Assembly (NCBI GenBank): GCA_026395055.1
Contig: JAPLZK010000004.1
Span: 209,432 to 273,431 of the forward strand
From: Candidatus Uhrbacteria bacterium
GTDB taxonomy: Bacteria > Patescibacteriota > Patescibacteriia > UBA9934 > GWF2-40-263
Direction of reading: 5' to 3'
Length of the DNA stretch: 64,000 bases
Position numbers and translations under genes: made by a program
Shown: positions 28,509 through 37,885 of the stretch, piece after piece
Layout of the letters: each line of letters opens with the position of its first letter
How positions within the stretch are numbered: the first letter of the stretch is position 1
The notes under the pieces: model-generated
What the model was told of the DNA's origin: nothing
Databases searched by the model: none
Seen by the model: only the letters and a program-made list of their open reading frames with translations

Positions 28509-29510
28509 TTAGGCGTAGGTATGCATGAGTTGTGCACCCAGGGTTTTGAGGTAATCCCGGCCATAGGGTCCGTTTTCGAGCTTGTCGAACAGGACTTGGG
28601 GCAGATCATTTGGCATACGTGTGGAGGCGATGCCAAGAGCAATTGAGGCAACGGAATCTGTATCACCTCCGAATTGGATGGCTCCTCGAAGCACTTCCGA
28701 CAAGGTCGAACTGTGCGTAAGAAGATCGAAAACGGCGTGAACTGTGTTCGTTGCTGGGGATTTGACGGGGCCATGCCAACGACGATGAAGATTCATCTGA
28801 TGCAACAAGATTGTGTTTGGCAGATGAATTTCCAGAAAATCCTGAAGACGATCAAAGGGATCGTCTCGGTAAAGGGCGAAGTGACTCATGAGAGCCACGG
28901 CTTGTGCGCTGAAGATTCCAATGGGGGTGTCGTGTGTCGTGCTTGCCTGAACGGTTGCAACTTCAAGGAGGGTTTTTGTGTCTTTGATGACACCGAGTGG
29001 AACGGCGCGCATGCACGCTCCATTCTTCTCTGAAGCCGGTTTGATCCGGTCCATGAATTCAATCCCCAATTTTGTCGTTTCAAGAAAAGCTTGGAATCCA
29101 CGTGCATATCCATCGCGAACATTGCGATGAAAGACGCGTGTCCATGCATCCGCAAAATCGAGTTTGGTTGCGTGGAGTTGGCCGTATTCAGGTGTAGCGA
29201 GCACTTCCGCAACACCAATCGACATCTGTGTGTCGTCTGTGTACATCCCGGGCTTCAACTTGTGATGTGTTGGGTGTTGATAGTATCTGTCGAGACGAAG
29301 TGTGTTCGCAATCAGTTGCGCATATACGCGCGGATCGATGTATTCTGTTGCGGCTGCAACTGCGTCGCCGATTGCAATGAACAAAAGCATGTTATCGTTT
29401 CTGTGTTGCATTTCCGTCTCCAAATCCTCGAGGTTCTTGAGCGAGGACAGGGAATCATAGGGTTTTTGCGCGATATCGTCAAGGATTCCTTGACGATTGG
29501 GTTTGGTCAT
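28509..29510 (-). CDS. ADP-ribosylglycohydrolase family protein (DraG/ARH-like)
   Basis: GDAVAAATEY, YTDDTQM and GGDTDSVASIALGIA motifs. Confidence 0.8.
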   Translation of the reverse strand: MTKPNRQGILDDIAQKPYDSLSSLKNLEDLETEMQHRNDNMLLFIAIGDAVAAATEYIDPRVYAQLIANTLRLDRYYQHPTHHKLKPGMYTDDTQMSIGVAEVLATPEYGQLHATKLDFADAWTRVFHRNVRDGYARGFQAFLETTKLGIEFMDRIKPASEKNGACMRAVPLGVIKDTKTLLEVATVQASTTHDTPIGIFSAQAVALMSHFALYRDDPFDRLQDFLEIHLPNTILLHQMNLHRRWHGPVKSPATNTVHAVFDLLTHSSTLSEVLRGAIQFGGDTDSVASIALGIASTRMPNDLPQVLFDKLENGPYGRDYLKTLGAQLMHTYA

Positions 29511-29557
29511 GCTAAAAACCTGCGTTGTCGATTGGTGACAACGTGTGAGGAAAGGTC

Positions 29558-29875
29558 ATGTATCGTTTCGTCCTTTTGATTCTTTGCCTTGCATCATTGA
29601 TTTCGTGCGAACGAGTAACTTCTTCGTTGCCGTGTGTTGCAGGTACACAAGAGACGGTTCCGGGTGTCTGTGATGATGGGCACGGCATTGCGTATTTCCT
29701 GTTTCAAGACACTTCAAGAGCGGTCTCGGATGAAGAAAATCTGCCGAAGCTGATTGCGTATCGCAGGGCCTGGCAGGACAAGTTTCCCAGTAAAGAAATT
29801 TTTTCCACGAACATCACGTCCTACGACCATCATGTGGATTCCTGCATCATCTGGTATCGCGAGCGACAGCACTGA
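29558..29875 (+). CDS. hypothetical small lipoprotein or secreted protein
   Basis: Signal peptide with lipobox LISC. Confidence 0.5.
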   Translation: MYRFVLLILCLASLISCERVTSSLPCVAGTQETVPGVCDDGHGIAYFLFQDTSRAVSDEENLPKLIAYRRAWQDKFPSKEIFSTNITSYDHHVDSCIIWYRERQH

Positions 29876-29906
29876 CGTCCGCACCTAACAATCTCTCCCG
29901 AGGTTG

Positions 29907-29962
29907 TTTTTTTGTTCCTCTCTTCGAGAACCTGAGGAATCCTCAGAGCCTCGAAGGCTGGT
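29907..29962 (+). terminator. nested hairpins (cttcgag...ctcgaag) followed by a T-rich tract
   Basis: Lies downstream of the 29558..29875 gene. Confidence 0.4.
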
Positions 29963-29997
29963 TTCTTTTGTCTTCCTTTGTTAATCTCTGTTTACGT

Positions 29998-31035
29998 ATG
30001 TCCACTCCCATTTCTCAATTTTCTTACGAACTTCCGAAAGAGCTGATCGCACAACACTCTGTTGAGCCACGTGATTCTTCGAAGTTGATGTTGCTCGATC
30101 GAACTACGGGCGAGATTCAACACAAACATTTTTACGATATTGTCGATGAACTCGTCGCCGGGGATGTTTTGGTTTTCAATGACACAAAAGTTTTTCGCGC
30201 GCGCATGATGGGGACCTGTCGCGAACTGGACGTCGAGGCGTTTTTGTTGCGATGTGTCTCGAGTGCAACGCATTCTGTTTGGCAAGCATTACTCCGTCCC
30301 GGAAAGAAAATTTCCGTTGGTGATGTAATTGTGATCGATGATCTCGAGGTTGTTGTGCGAGAGAAACAGGAAGACGGCGTCGCGCTCCTTGAATTTCCCC
30401 TCGACGAAGCTTCTATCCTCTCATTTACCGATACGCACGGATCAATCCCTATTCCGCCATACGTTAACGAAGTGCCAGATGATGCAAATAAATATCAAAC
30501 GGTTTACGCGCGAGAGGTTGGGTCTGTTGCCGCGCCAACAGCGGGATTTCATTTTACAAATGAGTTGCTCGAAAAAATAAAAGCAAAAGGAGTTGAGCTT
30601 GCATTCGTTACGCTGCATGTCGGCATCGGAACGTTTCGACCTGTGCAAACGGAGACAATCGAGGAGCACATCATGCACGCCGAGTTTGTTACGATTTCGA
30701 AAGAGACTTCGGAAACAATTCGTTTGGCAAAAGAAGAGGGGCGACGCGTGATTGCGGTTGGAACAACAACCGTGCGTAGTCTTGAAGGTGTGGCGTTATT
30801 GTTTGGCGGAAAACTTCCAGAAGAATTTTCTGGTGACGTGAATATGTTTATCAAGCCAGGATTTGAATTTAAAGTGATCGATGCGCTCATCACAAATTTT
30901 CATTTACCAAAGTCGACACTTCTTGTATTGGTTTCCGCATTCGCGGGTCGAGAATCTGTTTTGCATGCATACGAAGAAGCGGTTCGCGAGAAGTATCGAT
31001 TCTTTTCGTTTGGGGACGCGATGTTTATCACGTAG
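29998..31035 (+). CDS. queA: S-adenosylmethionine:tRNA ribosyltransferase-isomerase
   Basis: FSYELPKELIAQ...RDSSKLM and full QueA homology. The start was moved to MSTPISQF. Confidence 0.9.
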   Translation: MSTPISQFSYELPKELIAQHSVEPRDSSKLMLLDRTTGEIQHKHFYDIVDELVAGDVLVFNDTKVFRARMMGTCRELDVEAFLLRCVSSATHSVWQALLRPGKKISVGDVIVIDDLEVVVREKQEDGVALLEFPLDEASILSFTDTHGSIPIPPYVNEVPDDANKYQTVYAREVGSVAAPTAGFHFTNELLEKIKAKGVELAFVTLHVGIGTFRPVQTETIEEHIMHAEFVTISKETSETIRLAKEEGRRVIAVGTTTVRSLEGVALLFGGKLPEEFSGDVNMFIKPGFEFKVIDALITNFHLPKSTLLVLVSAFAGRESVLHAYEEAVREKYRFFSFGDAMFIT

Positions 31036-31061
31036 CTCGCGAGCGACGTGATTTATTCGCA

Positions 31062-31092
31062 ACAAATAAAAAAACAGAGCGTGTGCTCTGCA
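31062..31092. terminator. hairpin cagagc-gtgt-gctctg with A7/T-run flanks
   Basis: 3' of the YecM-like gene on the minus strand. Confidence 0.55.
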
Positions 31093-31095
31093 GAG

Positions 31096-31713
31096 TTACT
31101 TCATTTCCTCGCGTTTGATTTTATCGATGAGCGGCTCTTCTTCGATGCGAATCCGGAATCCATTTTCGATTTGAATATCACACGTGGTGTGATGTGGACG
31201 AACGACTTTTTCGAAGCGAACACTGCAGATTTTGAGACAGCCAAGCAGGTTTTCTGTTCCGGTGAGCGGGTTCCCTTTTATGGTGCGAAGAAGAGGATAG
31301 ATCTCAATATGATCGAATCCACTCATCTGACTACCATCTGGTTTTTGGTCGGAGAGTTCCAAGAACCAAATTTTTCCAAACACGGTCAGAATCGGTTGTG
31401 GTAGTTTGATGATAGCAATGAGACGATCCGAGATTGTGGATTGAAAGAGATAGGGGCTGGCCGTCTCAAAAAGGCGACGCAGATGCTCAAACTCTTCATG
31501 CGAACCGCACTTGTAGCAGATATGATCTGCACGAACCAAGGGTTCAAGCGGTTGGATTGACGACCTGTTAAAGGCCTCTGTGAGCGGCAATGCACCTTCG
31601 TAAAATGCTTCTATGGTTGCAAACATGGATCCTCCCTCAAAAAGAACGAATGTATCTGCATCCTCACATAAAATAATGAGGATGTCGATCTTATGGTGTG
31701 ATGAATTGCTCAC
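31096..31713 (-). CDS. YecM-like protein (VOC/glyoxalase-superfamily fold), function unknown
   Basis: DHIC.KC..HEEFE and GFDHIEIY parallel E. coli YecM (DHISLRCH...GWEHIEIV). Confidence 0.5.
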   Translation of the reverse strand: MSNSSHHKIDILIILCEDADTFVLFEGGSMFATIEAFYEGALPLTEAFNRSSIQPLEPLVRADHICYKCGSHEEFEHLRRLFETASPYLFQSTISDRLIAIIKLPQPILTVFGKIWFLELSDQKPDGSQMSGFDHIEIYPLLRTIKGNPLTGTENLLGCLKICSVRFEKVVRPHHTTCDIQIENGFRIRIEEEPLIDKIKREEMK

Positions 31714-31763
31714 ATGTCTATTCTCCCGTATACTTTTTTAGCTAATTGTTAACAATAGAAACT

Positions 31764-32363
31764 ATGTCTATCAAACTTTACGGTCCACGCGGCGGTTCTG
31801 CTCTTCGCCCACACTGGACATTGCATGAACTCGGAATCGCGTATGAAGCTGTTGCGGTTGATTTTAAAGCAGGGGAACATAAGTCTCCCGCATTTCTTGC
31901 GATGAATCCAGCGGGGCAAGTGCCTGTAATTGAAGTGGATGGATTTTATCTTGCGGAGTCTATTGCGATTGCGCAGTACCTTGCAGAAAAATTTAATCCA
32001 GCGCTTTTTGGAACGCCAGAACAAAAAGCAAAAGGATTACAATGGGCGCTTTGGATTATGTTGAATGTGCAAGCGGGAGGACTTTCTAAAATGGCCATGC
32101 CAAAATTTACGGGCGTTGCAGATGACGAAGGGGTTGAGGCGGGTCGTGCGCATGTTGCAAAGCATTTGCCAATTTTAGAAACGTATCTTGGTGCACATGA
32201 GTATCTTGCGGGAGATGTGTTTACCATTTCTGATATCGATGGTGTTGTGACATTTGGATACAACGCATGGGCAGGATTTGACATGACTCCATTTCCAAAC
32301 GTTCTTGCTTGGATTGCGCGTTGTGAAGATCGTCCAGCGTTTAAGGCAGCGAAGGGGGAATAA
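31764..32363 (+). CDS. glutathione S-transferase
   Basis: N-terminal thioredoxin-like GST fold (KLYG...P...L.......Y......F......P..L...NP.G.VPV) and a C-terminal helical domain. Confidence 0.8.
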   Translation: MSIKLYGPRGGSALRPHWTLHELGIAYEAVAVDFKAGEHKSPAFLAMNPAGQVPVIEVDGFYLAESIAIAQYLAEKFNPALFGTPEQKAKGLQWALWIMLNVQAGGLSKMAMPKFTGVADDEGVEAGRAHVAKHLPILETYLGAHEYLAGDVFTISDIDGVVTFGYNAWAGFDMTPFPNVLAWIARCEDRPAFKAAKGE

Positions 32364-32406
32364 TATCGAAAGACGAATATCGAAATTCGAAAACGAACTT
32401 TAACCT

Positions 32407-33138
32407 ATGTCGATCGCGCTCTCGATAAACAATTTAGAAAAAACATACGCGACCGGAACGAAAGCGTTGAAAGGTGTTTCGTTTAATGTCGAGGAAGGCG
32501 AACTGTTCGCCCTTCTTGGCGCAAACGGCGCGGGAAAGACAACACTCATCGGAATTCTCACGGGGCTCGTAAAGAAAACGGGTGGCACCGCGACGGTGTT
32601 TGGAATCGATCTCGACAAAGAACCGGAAAAAGTTCGAAGTATGATTGGGGTTGTTCCGCAGGAATTTAATTTTTCCATTTGGGAGAAAGTAATCGATATC
32701 GTTGTGGATGCCGCAGGGTATTATGGCATTCCAAAAAAGATTGCGACGCCGCGCGCAGAACAAATTTTAAAAGAACTTGGACTTTGGGAAAAACGCAATG
32801 CAACGTCTCGAACACTGTCTGGTGGAATGAAACGTCGTTTGCTTATTGCACGCGCTCTCGTTCATCAACCAAAGTTATTGCTTCTCGACGAGCCATCCGC
32901 AGGAGTAGATGTTGAGTTGCGTCGCGAGATGTGGTTGTTTGTTCAAAAATTAAACGCAGAGGGCACGACGATCATTCTGACAACGCACTATCTCGAGGAA
33001 GCTGAGCGCTTATGTAAGAACGTCGTACTTATCAAAGAAGGAGTGATTGCAGAGCAGGGAAATATTAAAGAGCTCATGGCAAAAACCGGCGCGCAATCGC
33101 TTGAAGATTTTTATTTGTCTGTAAACAAACGCGTATGA
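32407..33138 (+). CDS. ABC transporter ATP-binding protein
   Basis: Walker A GANGAGKTT, signature LSGGMKRRL, Walker B LLLDEP. Confidence 0.9.
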   Translation: MSIALSINNLEKTYATGTKALKGVSFNVEEGELFALLGANGAGKTTLIGILTGLVKKTGGTATVFGIDLDKEPEKVRSMIGVVPQEFNFSIWEKVIDIVVDAAGYYGIPKKIATPRAEQILKELGLWEKRNATSRTLSGGMKRRLLIARALVHQPKLLLLDEPSAGVDVELRREMWLFVQKLNAEGTTIILTTHYLEEAERLCKNVVLIKEGVIAEQGNIKELMAKTGAQSLEDFYLSVNKRV

Positions 33139-33905
33139 CACGTGCCGATATCGTAGGAATCCAAACCATCACACGAAAAGAAACGCATCGAATCTTTCGT
33201 ATTTGGATTCAGACCATTTTGCCGTCCGTCATGACGCAGACGCTCTACTTTATTATTTTTGGTGGACTCATTGGTTCACGTCTCGGCAATGTTGGTGGCA
33301 CGAGCTACATTGCGTTTCTCGTCCCAGGACTCGTCATGATGTCCGCGATCACAAACTCGTTCTCAAACGTGGTGAGTTCGTTCTTTGGGGCAAAGTTTCA
33401 GAAGTCGATCGAGGAAATTCTCGTGTCTCCAATGAAACCATGGGCCATGCTCACAGGATATTTGAGTGGGGGAGTTGTGCGTGGAGTCGTTGTTGGGTTC
33501 GCGGTGTTTCTTGTGTCTGCATTCTTTACGCCAATGCACATTGCACATCCATTTTCGTTTTTCTATTTTCTTCTCATCACGTGCGTGATTTTTTCCGCCT
33601 TTGGATTCTTTAACGGAATGTTCGCAAAGAAGTTTGATGACGTCGGACTTATTCCAACGTTCGTTCTGACACCACTCACATATCTCGGTGGAGTTTTTTA
33701 TAGCATCACGCTTCTTCCGCCTTTTTGGCGAACCGTGAGTTATGCAAACCCCATCGTCTACATGATCGATGGATTCCGTTATGGATTCTCTGACATCTCG
33801 AGTGCGCCTGTGCTTACAAACGCGATCATTCTGCTTCTTGTTGCGGCTGTTGCGATTGCAATTGATTTGCATTTGCTAAAGAAAGGATTCGGGTTGAGAT
33901 CATAA
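33135..33905 (+). CDS. ABC-2 family transporter permease
   Basis: Six TM helices. Start overlaps the ATPase stop. Confidence 0.85.
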   Translation: MTRADIVGIQTITRKETHRIFRIWIQTILPSVMTQTLYFIIFGGLIGSRLGNVGGTSYIAFLVPGLVMMSAITNSFSNVVSSFFGAKFQKSIEEILVSPMKPWAMLTGYLSGGVVRGVVVGFAVFLVSAFFTPMHIAHPFSFFYFLLITCVIFSAFGFFNGMFAKKFDDVGLIPTFVLTPLTYLGGVFYSITLLPPFWRTVSYANPIVYMIDGFRYGFSDISSAPVLTNAIILLLVAAVAIAIDLHLLKKGFGLRS

Positions 33906-33909
33906 TTAT

Positions 33910-34785
33910 ATGCGCATCGCTATCATCACAGGCGGAGAAACGGGAGAACGTGAAGTCTCGATCAACTCCGCAAAAAATGTTGCGAGTGCAATTGGATTTG
34001 CAACACATGAAACGTTTGTGTTCCCGGAAGATCAATCGAAGTTTATCGAGAGCGCATCGACATTCGATCTTGTGATTCCCATGATCCACGGAAAAGGAGC
34101 GGAAGACGGTGCGGTTCAGCAATTATGCGAAGCGCTCGGTCTTCCGTTTTTGTTTTCGCCGATTGATGCGCATAAGATCGGTATCGATAAAGTTCTGACA
34201 AAAGAATTTGTTGATCGAGCGGGAATCAAAACCGCGAAACGCTTCTCGAGAAGTAGTGCGGTGTTTCCTGTTTTTGTGAAACCACGTTTCGGTGGTTCGT
34301 CCGTTCATACTTCGAGGATCGAGAGTGCGGATGCGCTCGAGATATTTCTCGAGAACGTATCCGAAGAGATGATGATTGAAGAAGCGGTGAGTGGTCGAGA
34401 GTTTACGGTCGGTGTTGTCGAACAGAATCCCGGAGATCCAGAAGCTCTCCCTGTTGTTCAGATTGTGTCGCAGAACAAGTTCTTTGACTATGAAAGTAAA
34501 TATAATGCCGATCATCTCGCAAGCGAGATTTGTCCGGCACGAATTGATCGGGCGCTTTCGAGACAGTTGCAAGATGCGGCGATCGCCGCACATACATTGA
34601 TTGGCGCATCGCACATTTCTCGTTCAGATTTTATTGTGACCGATGCGGGAGAGATTTATTTTCTCGAGATCAACACGATTCCGGGGCTAACGAATTCGTC
34701 GCTTGTGCCAAAGATGTTGAACACAGCGAACATTTCTTTTCAGAGACTTCTCGAGAAATGGTGTCGTGATGCGTGTGCGACATAG
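33910..34785 (+). CDS. ddl: D-alanine--D-alanine ligase
   Basis: MRIAIITGGETGEREVSINSA and an ATP-grasp body. Confidence 0.88.
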   Translation: MRIAIITGGETGEREVSINSAKNVASAIGFATHETFVFPEDQSKFIESASTFDLVIPMIHGKGAEDGAVQQLCEALGLPFLFSPIDAHKIGIDKVLTKEFVDRAGIKTAKRFSRSSAVFPVFVKPRFGGSSVHTSRIESADALEIFLENVSEEMMIEEAVSGREFTVGVVEQNPGDPEALPVVQIVSQNKFFDYESKYNADHLASEICPARIDRALSRQLQDAAIAAHTLIGASHISRSDFIVTDAGEIYFLEINTIPGLTNSSLVPKMLNTANISFQRLLEKWCRDACAT

Positions 34786-34862
34786 ACAATGTCTTGACTT
34801 GTTTCGTTTTGTGCGATAGGTTCTTCTGTTCATTCAAAGGCGTGGTGCCTGAGGAGGTGAAC

Positions 34863-35231
34863 ATGTTTGCCGTACGTTCTGCAATCGGATTCCTTGTGAT
34901 CGTTTTTGGGTGGTACGAAATGGCGAAGTACTCCCATGCCGCGAACTATTGGGAGCACATTTATCCAATTCTGTTGCACCTGGTCTTCGGATTCGGAATT
35001 CTGCTCGCGGTCGGTACGCGGGTCAAGATGCCCAAGTGGTTCAATGCACTGTCTTGGATCTGCGGCTTGAGCACGGTCGTCTGGGGGTTCTTCTGCGCAA
35101 ACAAGTTTTTTGATATCAACGAATCGCCCCATTATTTGGATGCATTCGGCATGTTGTTCATTTTGGTCACGGTTGGCTTGTTCTTTACGGCGGCTGACAA
35201 GGTCATTCAGACCATCAAAGAAAGCAACTGA
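34863..35231 (+). CDS. hypothetical small polytopic membrane protein
   Basis: Perfect GAGGAGG SD 5 nt before the ATG at 34863. Four predicted TM helices. Confidence 0.6.
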   Translation: MFAVRSAIGFLVIVFGWYEMAKYSHAANYWEHIYPILLHLVFGFGILLAVGTRVKMPKWFNALSWICGLSTVVWGFFCANKFFDINESPHYLDAFGMLFILVTVGLFFTAADKVIQTIKESN

Positions 35232-35236
35232 CACCT

Positions 35237-35266
35237 ATCACCGATTTTCGGTGATTTTTTCTTTTA
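35237..35266 (+). terminator. intrinsic terminator atcaccg-attt-tcggtgat + T10
   Basis: Clean hairpin and T-run. Confidence 0.7.
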
Positions 35267-35281
35267 AAACCCATCTGTCCA

Positions 35282-35310
35282 TTGACAAAAACCCATTTTT
35301 TTATTATATT
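35282..35310 (+). promoter_or_regulatory. sigma70-like promoter TTGACA-17-TATATT
   Basis: Exact consensus -35 and 17-nt spacer, 80 nt upstream of the ATG at 35390. Confidence 0.6.
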
Positions 35311-35389
35311 CATATCTTGCTTTGTGCAGGTCGACGAATGTCGAAAGTGTTTCAACAGCCAACAATGTTCATCAAAAGCGAGGAATGTC

Positions 35390-36136
35390 ATGGATTTCGT
35401 ACAGATTCTTCAGCAAGTGCTTCCGGAACATGCCGGTAAGGTCAAGAATGTGAAAGGTCTCGAGGGTGTTACGCTCAAAAATGGTCAGTTCGTAATTATT
35501 TTTGGGGACAAGAGTCTTGTGACGCGTATGGGGATGCCGGTCACCGAAGGTGGTGTTCCGATCCAGACTCAGAGATATGAGTTTCAGCATGAGACAGGCA
35601 ATTGCTCAAAAGAAGGAGTTCTGTTCGTCGCCGATTCGCCCATGGCCATTCAATGTGAGATCTATACCATGGGCTATGATGGGTCTCATCGAATCGTTGT
35701 GGCACATCGTTATTGCGATGATGTGTTGCAACACGAGTTTGATCCGCAATTCGAAACGAACGGCACGAAAGAATTTCATGGTTCGAGATGGGTTCGGTGG
35801 ACTGAGATCATGCGAGCTCTTGATCTCAAATCATTCAAAACAATCGCAATTCACCACAATTTTTTGTCAGGCATGGCCCTTTTATGGAAAGAGGGAACGC
35901 TATGGGAAGAAGAGGTTTGGGATTACGAACACGAGCTCGTTCTTCAAGCTGGTGTTTCACAGTTTGGTCCAGAGGAGGGCTGGCTCTCCAATCTGCCACG
36001 CGAGAGTGATCCCCCAGAAGAAATCACAGAGTTTTTCGAACAACTTTGGGTTTTCGATGAAGAATTGGTTGTGCTCCAAGCGCTCACCCGATTCGGAGTC
36101 TCGGGTCCTTTGCCAATAGAACAAAAGGCGGCTTAA
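35390..36136 (+). CDS. hypothetical cytoplasmic protein with an acidic C-terminus
   Basis: GAGGA SD before the ATG at 35390. Flanked by its own consensus promoter and terminator. No known domain recognised. Confidence 0.6.
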   Translation: MDFVQILQQVLPEHAGKVKNVKGLEGVTLKNGQFVIIFGDKSLVTRMGMPVTEGGVPIQTQRYEFQHETGNCSKEGVLFVADSPMAIQCEIYTMGYDGSHRIVVAHRYCDDVLQHEFDPQFETNGTKEFHGSRWVRWTEIMRALDLKSFKTIAIHHNFLSGMALLWKEGTLWEEEVWDYEHELVLQAGVSQFGPEEGWLSNLPRESDPPEEITEFFEQLWVFDEELVVLQALTRFGVSGPLPIEQKAA

Positions 36137-36149
36137 GGCCACTTCGCCC

Positions 36150-36186
36150 TTATCGATCTCTTCGATGAGGGCTTTTTTCATCCCAA
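36150..36186 (+). terminator. intrinsic terminator gcccttatcga-tctct-tcgatgagggc + T6
   Basis: 11-bp stem and T-run. Confidence 0.55.
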
Positions 36187-36198
36187 AACCCAGAATTC

Positions 36199-36227
36199 TT
36201 GACGTATCCTCACAATTTCCTTATACT
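36199..36227 (+). promoter_or_regulatory. sigma70-like promoter TTGACG-17-TATACT (rpsB-tsf operon)
   Basis: -35 at 36199-36204, -10 at 36222-36227. Confidence 0.6.
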
Positions 36228-36328
36228 CCCGACATAATTTATAACATCAGATGGGTTAAACATTTACGGATCCTCCCCCAAGACTGGCTTGCGGGCCTGT
36301 GAATTGTCCATCGACGAACAAAAGGAAT

Positions 36329-37090
36329 ATGCCAAAAATGCCAAATTTGGTCGAAATGCTCCAAGCGGGAATGCATTACGGCCACGGTGCCTCACACTGG
36401 CACCCAAAAATGGGACCGTTTATTTACGCGGAAAAGAGCGGAATTCACATTATTGACCTTGAAAAAACACAAGTTCAATTGGAAGCTGCGCTTAATACTT
36501 TGAAGGAAATTGCATCTCGTGGGGGTGTTATTCTCTTTGTTGGAACAAAAGTTCAAGCAAAAGGAATCGTTCAAAAGTATGCGGAAGCGTGCGGAATGCC
36601 ATTCGTAACAGAACGATGGTTAGGTGGAACCCTTACAAACTTTCAACAATTGAAAGAAACGTTGAAGCGTTTGAAAATGTTGAAAGATCAGCGTGAAAAG
36701 GGAGAACTCAAAAAATACACAAAGAAAGAACAATTGTTGCTTTCTCGTGAAATTGAAGAAATGGAAGTGAAGATTGGTGGAATCCAACACATCACAAAAG
36801 TTCCAGACGCGATTTTCGTCATCGACGTGCGTAACGAAAAGACGGCTGTGAAGGAAGCGCAAGTAACACACACAAAAGTAATTGCTGTGTGTGATACAAA
36901 CGTCAATCCAAAAGGAGTAGACGCAATCATTCCAGCAAACGATGACGCGGTGAAGTCTATCGAACTCGTTTGTAAGCTTGCGTGTGAAGCGGTGAAAGAA
37001 GGAAAAGCAAACATGGCAAAAATTGTTGCAGACAAAGCTGCAGCAGACAAAGCATCCGTAAAGGAAGTTACAACAGAAGCGGGTGCTTAG
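36329..37090 (+). CDS. rpsB: 30S ribosomal protein S2
   Basis: MLQAGMHYGH...WHPKM S2 signature. The start was moved to MPKMPNL, which has an AAAGGA SD. Confidence 0.93.
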   Translation: MPKMPNLVEMLQAGMHYGHGASHWHPKMGPFIYAEKSGIHIIDLEKTQVQLEAALNTLKEIASRGGVILFVGTKVQAKGIVQKYAEACGMPFVTERWLGGTLTNFQQLKETLKRLKMLKDQREKGELKKYTKKEQLLLSREIEEMEVKIGGIQHITKVPDAIFVIDVRNEKTAVKEAQVTHTKVIAVCDTNVNPKGVDAIIPANDDAVKSIELVCKLACEAVKEGKANMAKIVADKAAADKASVKEVTTEAGA

Positions 37091-37129
37091 TTTTTCGAAC
37101 GAACAATCCAAATACTAAACACCAAGATT

Positions 37130-37717
37130 ATGTCCATTACAGCGAGCCAAGTTGCCGAGCTTCGAGAAAAAACCGGAGCCGGACTCATGGATGCAAAACG
37201 CGCCCTTGAAGAAACAGGGGGAGACATGGAAAAAGCAGCTGAGGATCTTCGTAAGAAGGGAATCGCAAAGGCGGGAAAGAAATCTGATCGCGAAACACAT
37301 GAAGGTCGTGTGCATGCGTACATTCACTCAAATGCAAAGCTTGGGGCAATGGTTCAAGTGCTTTGTGAAACAGATTTCGTTGCGCGTACAGAAGCGTTTA
37401 TTGATTTGTGTAACGATATTGCCATTCACGTCAGTGCAATGGATCCAATGTATCTTACGCGTGCGGATGTTCCGGCTGACGTTGTTGCAAAGGAGCAAGA
37501 ACTTACGCGTGGAGAACTTGCAGCACAAAACAAACCAGCAGACGTGATTGAAAAAATCATGGAAGGAAAGATGAATAAGTTTTTTGGAGAAAATGTTCTG
37601 ATGGAACAAGCCTTCATTAAAGATGATTCAAAAACCGTGGAAGAATTTTTGAAGGAAAAGATGTCTGTTCTCGGTGAGAACATGCAAATCAAACATTTTG
37701 CACGATTTAGTTTCTAA
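37130..37717 (+). CDS. tsf: elongation factor Ts, short form
   Basis: LREKTGAGLMDAKRAL UBA-like N-terminus and the dimerisation core. Confidence 0.9.
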   Translation: MSITASQVAELREKTGAGLMDAKRALEETGGDMEKAAEDLRKKGIAKAGKKSDRETHEGRVHAYIHSNAKLGAMVQVLCETDFVARTEAFIDLCNDIAIHVSAMDPMYLTRADVPADVVAKEQELTRGELAAQNKPADVIEKIMEGKMNKFFGENVLMEQAFIKDDSKTVEEFLKEKMSVLGENMQIKHFARFSF

Positions 37718-37765
37718 AACGACCACCCCCAACCCCTCCTTGTAAAGGAGGGGAGAAAAACCCGG
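37718..37765. repeat. REP-like hairpin element, copy 2
   Basis: aacGACCACCCCCAACCCCTCCTTGTAAAGGAGGGGAG directly after the tsf stop. Confidence 0.5.
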
Positions 37766-37797
37766 CTCACACAAGTGGCCGGGTTTTTGATTTTTTG
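37761..37797 (+). terminator. intrinsic terminator cccggc-tcacacaagtg-gccggg + T-run
   Basis: Second hairpin after the REP-like element, followed by tttttgatttttt. Confidence 0.55.
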
Positions 37798-37885
37798 TAA
37801 AAAATGTTAAACTATTCCGGACTTATCCACTGCTCCCCTAACGTTGGGGTGGGCGGCGAGATCTTTATTCTTCATTGATTTTTTT

